A stretch of 64,000 nucleotides of DNA from assembly GCA_951406725.2 (NCBI GenBank), contig OX597835.1, forward strand, positions 2,976,001 through 3,040,000. The letters are read 5' to 3'. A program made the translations under genes and the position numbers. A model generated the notes under the pieces. It did no database searches. It saw only the letters and a program-made list of their open reading frames with translations, and was not told the DNA's origin. Below are positions 55,386 to 64,000 of the stretch, piece by piece. The first letter of the stretch is position 1, and each line of letters starts with the position of its first letter. The DNA comes from Octopus vulgaris. Taxonomy: Eukaryota.

Positions 55386-57171
55386 CATATATATACATAT
55401 ACACGACGGGCGTCTACCAAATCCATTCACAAGGCTTTGGTCGGCCTGAGGCTGTAGTAGAAGACACTTCTCAAGGTGACACGCAGTGGGAATGAACCCG
55501 GAACCATGTGGCTGGTAAGCAAGCTACTTTTATTCATTAAATTTGCCATGTAGGCAGCTCATAGATAAGGTAGCTTTGCGGGCTGGACACATACATTGAT
55601 GAGGCAAATGATTATGATACAAAAATGATAAAGATGGGAGAAGACAGAAAGCGCCCGCCGACCCTCTGCTTCTCTAAAACATTGTTCGTTTAAAAACTTC
55701 ATATACAGAGGTATTAACCCTCTTACAATTTAAAATACAATATATTTGGACTAAAAAATCTATACAATTATAAAACACAATTTATACACAAATTGGAGGC
55801 GATAAACCTCTACAATCCTTCCGCGAGTAATTTTCTTGCAATTTGCAGGCATTCCTGTAACCGCAATCCAGGGCTCCAAAAAGGAATTCTATAATTCTCG
55901 TTTTTACACGACTCAATTATGAGATGACAGTACTTTCTTTCCAGCGCCAGAGCACCCCCCTGCGGGAGGCCACTCTGGGCTGTCAATACAAGTCGGGTTT
56001 CCCAGGACCCGACTATCCATATATTCTCCAGGAAACTGTCAATAGCCCCTCCCCTGAGATAGCAGAATATATATTCTTCACCACTTTCACTGGGTGGGGA
56101 CTCAACTCCCTCGCTCGGTGGCACACATCCCACTGACGAGGTTATCTTCTTTCTCCCCTCCGGTGGCACACATACCACCGAACGGGTTTCGGGACATGAC
56201 GCCGCCGGCAATGCCCCGTTATTCTTTTTCTCTTCTTTTTTCCTTTTACGACGGGAGGGTGTAGTTCCTCCGACATCGCCGGAGGACCCCCCCTCCCGCC
56301 GTTTCAGGATCCTTTCTCCCCCTCCAAAGGCATGCTCGCAAAATCACGAGCTTCCGCAGGGGTGTGAAAATGTTTACACACAGTTCCATACTTCGCACCC
56401 CTGCCGATAAATCTAACAGTTGGCTGATAATCTACTTACTCCTCCTCAATTTCTTCCTCAGAGAAGACCTTGATGGTGTCAAGGACCCTGGAATAGGTAT
56501 ATACACCACCATTCTCTCCGTATAATTTTTCAACCATTCTTTGGGGCCAGAATTTACCACTCCAATGCGGATTTCCCAGTTGCCGTGTTGATAGCCAAAG
56601 CAAAAATAAAAATCCACAAAAAAATATCAAACTGTTCAAATGAAAGTCTATAAAGAAACTAAAAAAAAAAATCAGAAAGACAGACAGGAGAAGAAAGAGC
56701 GAAGGAGATAATCCAAAATGGCAACACAACACAATTCTGCTACTCTGGTAATCCAAACTGGTAGTCCTTCGCAGCACAAATAGTATTCCGTCCAACCCTG
56801 GCTGTACTCCTATCATTTATGGTAAAAATCCACTTGAAAGGGTACAAAAACAGTCATAGAAAAATTCCAAATAAATTTTCGGACGGACACGCCTCCCGAA
56901 AACACATACAATTCTCACTAAAATGTGAGTCTTTTAGTGCGACGTCAGGCAAAGAAATGTCTGGAACCCAGTGGAGACCCTTGTTCGAAAAAATAATAAC
57001 CATACGGACAACAGACTTCCCTAAGCCCCCCCCCAAACAAATGCTTTAGCTGTGGTCGTGCTTCAAAAGTTCAATTTTTTACGTACGACGTGACTTCCAC
57101 CGCGACGGAAAACAACACGACAACTTGGTAGCAGTAAGCAAGCTACTTACCACACAGCCACTCCCGCGCCT
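55062..57171 (-). mobile_element. SINE type D split by a 1.6 kb insertion (body 55062-55529, head 57134-57171)
   Basis: Removing 55530-57148 restores a sequence colinear with the intact copy at 60028-60448. Confidence 0.92.
55530..57133 (-). mobile_element. ORF1-only (RRM-like) non-autonomous retroposon with 15 bp TSD
   Basis: TSD GTAAGCAAGCTACTT at 55515-55529 and 57134-57148. Decayed ORF VYTYSRVLDTIKVFSEEEIEEE*VDYQPTVRFIGRGAKYGTVCKHFHTPAEARDFASMPL, then a KKKRK/Pro-rich segment and the 55810-56211 ORF. No RT or EN motifs; the minus strand ends in AATAA(A). Confidence 0.75.
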
Positions 57172-57461
57172 AGTAGAAAATATTAGAAAACAGAAGGAAG
57201 TATTTCCTTCAGATATCATAAAGTAGGATAGAATTCAGAATTGCATGATTTTGAATTGAATATTGGATTTCAATCAAATATTTTTTTAATTTAATCACTT
57301 TCAAAATTCAATAATTTCCATCTGAATCACACTTTTAGATTAATCATTCACATATGATGAAGATTATTCAATTTAAGAACTGAATTACATAACACTTCTC
57401 GCTAAAGTAACGCTCTTCACTCTCTCACGTTAAGGCAATATTGACTGATAAAACAAATAGT

Positions 57462-57838
57462 GATTTCAAATTTTGGCACACGACCAGCAATTCCGGGTGA
57501 GGGGATCGATCGATTACATCGACCCCAGTGCTTGGCTGTTGTTACTTATTTTATCGACCCCGAAAGGAGTTTGAACTCAGAGCGCAAAGAAGGACAAAAC
57601 GCTGTGAAGCATTTTGTCCGACGTAGTAACGATTCACTCAGCTTTCCGCCTTTCATAAAACTAATATTGGTTTCAAATTTCGAGACAAGGCCAGCAATTT
57701 CGGAGGAGGGGAAAGTGCTCAAGTGGTATTTATTTTATCGATCCTAAAAGGACGAAAGGCAAAATCGACCACTGCGGAATTTAAACTCAGTGCAGACGGA
57801 CGAAATACTGCTATGCATTTTGTCCGGCGTCCTAACGA
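57462..57838 (-). mobile_element. Two diverged SINE type A copies
   Basis: gattacatcgaccccagtg...ttatcgaccccgaaagg; gacgaaaggcaaaatcgacc...cggaatttaaactcag. Confidence 0.78.
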
Positions 57839-57889
57839 CATTACCTTCTTGATAATATAAATATTAATGCGATGAATTGACTGATAGTA

Positions 57890-58456
57890 TTGGGTTGTCC
57901 GGAAAGTTCGTGCCGATTTTTAGTAGCCTACCTTTTGACTTATTTTAGAACATGGTTGAGTCCACAAAATAGGATTTGACTACACCTCCATTTAGAGCAC
58001 AGTTTAAGGTATCTTTTCGTGGAAGAAGGATTATGTTCCTATAACCTGTGTTAATTCTGTAACCCTTTAAAATGGAAGATAAGAAAGTTCATTTTCGGCA
58101 CTTGATGCTTTGGGAACCAGACAAAAATTGCTGCAGCTCGGCTAGGATGTGTTACCCCACCCTCCATATTAACCAGATATTGCTCCTTCAGATTCCCACT
58201 TATTCAGGTCTCTGCAGAATAGTCTTAATGGTAAAACTTTCAATTCCTTGGATGACGTAAAAAGATACTTTAATGAATTCTTTGTCATGAAACCACCTTA
58301 GTTCTGGGAAGAGGGTATTTTCAAGTTAAAGGGGAGATGGAGGACGCATTGTGCAACAAAATGGTTCATATTTGGTTGATTAAAAACATAATGGCAAGTA
58401 TTTATTGACCTTTTTCTTTCCTTTAAACGTCGGCACGAACTTTCCGGACAACCCAA
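57890..58456 (+). mobile_element. Internally deleted mariner (567 bp) with perfect 27 bp TIRs
   Basis: TIR TTGGGTTGTCCGGAAAGTTCGTGCCGA at both ends, TA on the left. N-terminus MEDKKVHFRHLMLWE is joined to the C-terminal LPHPPY*PDIAPSDSHLFRSLQNSLNGKTF (YSPDLAPxD motif). Confidence 0.95.
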
Positions 58457-59026
58457 AATAATATTAAGATGTCAGGTTACTAACAGCACTGAGAGCGGAT
58501 GCGATCCAGCAAGGTCCAAATAAAAAAGGTGGCGTCTTCGTTGATGGAGACAAAATGAAAGCGTGTCTGTATCATTTATTTTGGAAACCGAAGCTTACTC
58601 AATGGTGTATGGTTGCGATACAGTACGCTATTGATCAAAACGAATGAAATAAGGGAAAGAGCGCGATAATATACAAGCACAAATACTTCCCAAAACATGA
58701 AAGTATTAATCGGCTGCACATCATGATGTAATAGATCGCAAAATAGAAAATGTTCAGAATTTCATTTAATATCCGTTTCCATTTATTCCCGTAAAAAGAA
58801 ATCACTAGTTATTTTCATTGCATCACTAACATGTTGCAAAACAAAAATTTAAGCACGGAAAATGGCTATTTTTGAGTTATTATTGTTAATGGAAAATATG
58901 AATGGCTTTTTCTTAAACTATATATATATATATATATATATATAAATATATAAATATATATAGTGTTGCATATTTGCCATTTGAATATGGCTAACCCATA
59001 TAACTCGCTCTGAGATTTATCATTGT

Positions 59027-59071
<45 letters not shown>

Positions 59072-59110
59072 CTTGGGCGGATAACTAAATTATGTACAGT
59101 TCTTGGTATA

Positions 59111-59166
59111 TTTCATTGACGAAGGCAGAGTACTTTTATATAGAGCCAGAAACCCAGGGTCTGGAA
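59111..59166 (+). ncRNA. Decayed type-I hammerhead motif (C3U)
   Basis: TTTCA-TTGACGA-AGGC...GCCA-GAAA-CCCAGGG-TC-TGGAA. Confidence 0.62.
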
Positions 59167-59250
59167 TTATCCATTTTTTTAACTAGTTTATTTATTTATT
59201 TGTCTTTTCATCTTGTTCTGTACGGGATACATGCGCCGATGCTGCTTATC

Positions 59251-59825
59251 ATCCCTAATTAGTGGTTTGAGTTTTCTGCTGCTCTTTCTAGCACAAGGCT
59301 TTCCTACTTGGAAGCCTCTTAATGTGTTTTAACATACACGATATTTTTATGTGAATAATATATAGTCTATTGACTAATTCTTTTTTTTTGTGTGTGCTAG
59401 GCCACTGGTAATAATAATTTCTATAATTCTTATTACTCTAATATTTTTTATTATGTTTAAATATTTTTTGATAAATTTGTTCGAAATTTTCCCGGCATCT
59501 TCTCTGTCGCCGGAAAGAAGCTGCATCGGCGCAGTGGTTATGAAAAGTTAGCATATACAAGCAGCTAGTTTACGTGTAGATCTAGTTGTGTGTATATTTG
59601 AAATCTAAAGGTCCCCTACTGACGAAGCCTAGCCTCAGTAAATATTTTTTTACTGGAGTTAGTCTGAAACCATGGTCTAGGAACAAACTGAGATGGTAAA
59701 CGTTTTTAATTTTCATTCCTTTCGAGTATTTATCCCTAATTAGTGGTTTGAGTTTTCTGCTGCTCTTTCTAGCACAAGGCTTTCCTATTTGGAAGCTTCT
59801 TAATGTGTTTTAACGTACACGATAT
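59251..59825 (+). mobile_element. Partial-tandem hammerhead module: 94 bp direct repeat, period 481, ending in (TA)n
   Basis: atccctaattagtggtttgagttttctgc...acacgatat at 59251-59344 and 59732-59825 (3 substitutions). Confidence 0.85.
59611..59684 (+). ncRNA. Type-I hammerhead ribozyme motif with long stem II
   Basis: CCTA-CTGACGA-AGCCTAGCCTCAGTAAA tattt TTTACTGGAGTTAGTCT-GAAA-CCATGG-TC-TAGG; GUC at 59675-59677. Confidence 0.86.
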
Positions 59826-60027
59826 ATATATATATATATATATATACTATATTTCACAAGAATGGTGATGACAGTGACATCGATGTTTCGAACTACTATC
59901 CTTTATCGGACTGTCCGATGAACGTTAGTGGGCCAGAAATTCAAAGTCCCTGTTACTACTATTCTTTTAAATTTATGACATCTACTCTTGTATTGAGTAA
60001 TTTTTAAAATTGTTTTTTTATCATAAT

Positions 60028-60448
60028 ACTCTTTTACTCTTTTACTTGTTTCAGTCATTTGACTGCGGCCATGCTGGAGTACCGCTTTTAGTCGAGCAAA
60101 TCGACCCCGGGACTTATTCTTTGTAAGCCCAGTGCTTATTCTATCGGTCTCTTTTGCTGAAGAGCTAAGTGACGGGGACGTAAACACACCGGCATCGGTT
60201 GTCAAGCAATGCTAGGGAGACAAGCACAAACACACAAACACACAAATACACACACACACACATACATATATATATACATATATACGACAGGCTTCTTTCA
60301 GTTTCCGTCTACCAAATCCAATCACAAAGCATTGGTCGGCCCGGGGCTATAGCGGAAGACATTTGCCCAAGATGCCACGCAGTGGGACTGAACCCGGAAC
60401 CATGTGGTTGGTTAGCAAGCTACTTACCACACAGCCACTCCTGCGCCT
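60028..60448 (-). mobile_element. SINE type D, full length
   Basis: A box TGGCTGTGTGG, B box GGGTTCAGTCC, internal (TA)(TG) tract, (GTAAAAGA)n tail, ATAAT on both flanks. Confidence 0.93.
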
Positions 60449-60767
60449 ATAATGTGACATAAAAAGAAACAAAATTCAAAATATGCAACCGTTAGTCCAG
60501 ACAAGATCTTTTTTGCAAATCAATCAAAATTTAAAACAGATTTAGAAATTTAGAAATTGCTTCAAAAGGTATTTCCCGAGAGATTTCTAAATAAAAAGAA
60601 GTTATATAGCCAAAAATAAAGACGAAACGATTAGACGGAAATTAAAGAAATTTTCGCCTGCGGTTAAATCAATCGCTGCATTATAGAATAAACCGTGCCA
60701 TTGTTACTGCAGTTAACTATTGTCGCGAAAAGTTCAATCTTTATCTTAACTTGGCCTCATTTCGTTT

Positions 60768-61170
<403 letters not shown>

Positions 61171-61171
61171 T

Positions 61172-61692
61172 CTATGTTTTACTTTTGCTTTATATTTGTA
61201 CAAGTTGGCTCCAAGTCTCACCCACAGACCTCAAGAGACAACAGGCTGGGAGTTCATGTTGTTGTTATGCCTAGTGTGCCATATATTTGGGTTTGTTTTT
61301 TTAGTGTTGTACTAGTGAATGTCAAAAAAAAAATCTACGAAAATTATGTTTGTTTTTATACTTGAGATTACATAGAAAGTATTTTGCGTAGGATATGAGC
61401 AGTTCCGATGTGCACTATCTTTTGAATTTCTGCCATTTTGGGGTTTCCTGGTATCTGAGTTAGGTAGCAATCAGCCCCTTTTGCTATCATTCCCAGGGCA
61501 CCTATGACAACAGGTATTGTTTTAGTCTTCAGGTTCCACATTTTGCTGATTTCTATTTCAAGATCTTCATATTTGCTCAGTTTTTGGTAGGTCTTGACAG
61601 ATACGTTTATATCGATTGGGACAGTCATATCAATGAGGAGGTATGTTCTTTGTCTGACGTCTTTCAATATGATGTCTGGCCTATTTGCATCT
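61172..61692 (-). mobile_element. 3' end of a second R4/Dong-like family (REL endonuclease C-terminus plus 3' UTR)
   Basis: DANRPDIILKD...LLIDMTVP...KLSKYEDLEIEISKMW...IPVVIGALG...IQKIVHIGTAHILRKILSM*. Confidence 0.92.
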
Positions 61693-61699
61693 ATCTTTC

Positions 61700-62350
61700 T
61701 GTCAGTCTAAACAAAATACCAGGAACTTTAGACTACAAGAACTCAAAAACACTCTAATTGACAGACATTACCCAGTTCAACTCATAGAGGATGGGATCAG
61801 ACGTGCAACAGAAATCGACATAGTAACTTTGAGAAAAGTTCAACACACAACACACCTTCCCCGAAAATACTGCCTTACATATCCACATACAACCCCAGAA
61901 ACAAAGAAGCCTTCACCATCATCACCCAGAATTTACCAATGCTTCATAAGGACCCCAAATTAAAGGAAATTCTAAACATACATAAAATCATTAAAAGCTA
62001 CAAACAAGCTAAATCACTTAAAAAGATTCTCACAAAGGCAAAATTGTTTTCTGAAATTACGGATGCAAAAGTAAAAAAATGTGGTAGACCAAACTGTGCA
62101 ACATGCCCAAACCTTCTAGAAGGATCAGAATTCCTTTTCAAAGAGGGAAAAAAAATTCAAGATCAGATCTAATTTTACTTGTACTTCTGAAAACATAATT
62201 TATGTCATAAGATGCTCGGGCTGCCACCAAAACTACGTGGGGTCCACGGGGCTATCACTCAGACGCCGCTGCACTCTGCATCGACAACAGATTGCATTCC
62301 CAGAATACAGAATGATACCCTTTAGTGAGCATATTGAGAAATGCGCAAAG
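61700..62350 (+). pseudogene. Penelope-like element (Neptune-type) fragment: RT thumb/linker plus GIY-YIG endonuclease
   Basis: RLQELKNTLIDRHYPVQLI...LPYISTYNP...KSYKQAKSLKKIL...KKCGRPNCATC...FTCTSENIIYVIRCSGCHQNYVGSTGLSLRRRCTLH...EH; two frameshifts. Confidence 0.92.
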
Positions 62351-62397
62351 CAACTACTACCACAATGACTGAAACAAGTAAAAGAGAGAAAAAGAGA

Positions 62398-62437
<40 letters not shown>

Positions 62438-63108
62438 ATGTATTATACGTACATGCATACACATATATTTATACATATTCATATATGCATATATGTGTGT
62501 ATATGCATGTATTATGCATGTATGAATATATGCATGCGTGTATGTACGTAAGAATGAATGCATGTATGTATGTATGTGTGTGTGTATGTATGTATGTATG
62601 TATGTATGAAACATTCAAAATAGGATACGTAAAATAACTATTTTGCAAGAATTGTGTTATTTATTACACCCATTCCCTGTCTAATGGAAGTCGAAAGTCT
62701 GCGGTTGTGCAATCATGTTTTTATAAAGACACAGTGATAATATTTCAAGTAGATATTGTCTTTACGTGACGACAAACAGACTTCCTTGGAAATGGAGTTT
62801 TATATCTTCTCATTTTCCATTTATAAATTCTTAATGATTTCCATCATTTCCTATATATCAAGTCGGAAATAATTAAAATCTAGAAAAATTCTAATGCGTT
62901 TGTGTGTATGTTTTTCTTTCTGCATGTAATTACACAAATGCTATCATCCAAGCACAAACAATCGCACACTAATTCACGAAAATACATATCTATGTACACG
63001 CAGGCGACATGTATGTGCAACCTACGCTCCACATTTATACATAGATATATATATACATGTATATACATTTACATATACATACATACATACATACATACAT
63101 ACATACAT

Positions 63109-63197
<89 letters not shown>

Positions 63198-64000
63198 CAC
63201 ACGCATGCATACATATGCACACACTCACACACAGATATGTATTCAGTGATACTTACGTTTGTATATATAGGCTTACGAAAATATAAATACATCGTATGAA
63301 GCACAGGCAGAAGCGATTTGTAAATGTATATGCATATATAAGTAGTGTACGAGTATGCATAATGTGTTTACATATACAGGTGTAGAAATTAATGTTGACA
63401 CACCTTCGCACACACACATACACACACACAGACATATAATATATAAATTTCTTTGCACATACTTCCAAGACTCTATTTATACACAACCGCTTATATGCAT
63501 GCAAATTTGTATATACACACATGTAAGCACATTGTACAAAATTGCATGTGTAGCAACAGATATGTCTGTCCACATAAACAAATATATATGTGCACTTACC
63601 ACATTCATACACATCAACAAATCTGAGAATCCAACGATTCAGTATTGAAAACAGTATGAAGACATAAATCTCAATATTATATTGTATTAACACCATTAAG
63701 ACTGACAGAATCTCTGCTTGCAATTCGATACTTGACACTTAAATGTCTTTCTAATCGACTATAATATCTGAAACTGTTAATTGTTATAGCGTTTCGTTCC
63801 GTTTATGGTCGTCTTCGTTTCAGGAAATTAGAATTAAATTTCTATGAAATTGAATTTCCTTATTTTACAGCTTTTAACCATTGGATTGTGATTATGCTGA
63901 GCTTCTGACTCCAAAGGATTTTACTCGAGGATATCTATATTTTGCACCTATAATATATAATCATATAATATATAATATATAATATATAATCAGAGAAGTA

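Noticed and set aside
54818-55495. 225 aa ORF
   Set aside because: Runs antisense through a type D SINE and its microsatellite; chance ORF.
63855-63955. Acceptor-like ttttacag followed by short coding-looking sequence
   Set aside because: All three frames hit stops soon after the AG, and there is no donor.

Overview
Eukaryotic, AT-rich, microsatellite-saturated intronic or intergenic DNA. The SINE repertoire and repeat style point to an octopus (cephalopod) genome; this is an inference. No intact host gene is recognisable, and almost all ORFs in the track are microsatellite translation artefacts. Supportable content: many tRNA-derived SINEs of at least four types, a decayed Tigger/pogo transposase and a Tigger-type MITE, an internally deleted mariner with intact TIRs, R4/Dong-like non-LTR fragments tied to (TAA)n, a Penelope-like (Neptune-type) GIY-YIG fragment, a solo-LTR candidate and a multi-kb foldback-like inverted repeat. 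Two things stand out. (1) At least nine type-I hammerhead ribozyme motifs from about seven unrelated short modules, each in or against a (TA)n tract and each with a short palindromic stem III; some have long stem II hairpins and one family carries a fixed U4C core variant. (2) A 1.6 kb ORF1-only (RRM-like) retroposon with a perfect 15 bp TSD inserted between the A and B boxes of a SINE tRNA head. All coordinates and alignments were read by eye, so the edges of decayed elements are approximate.
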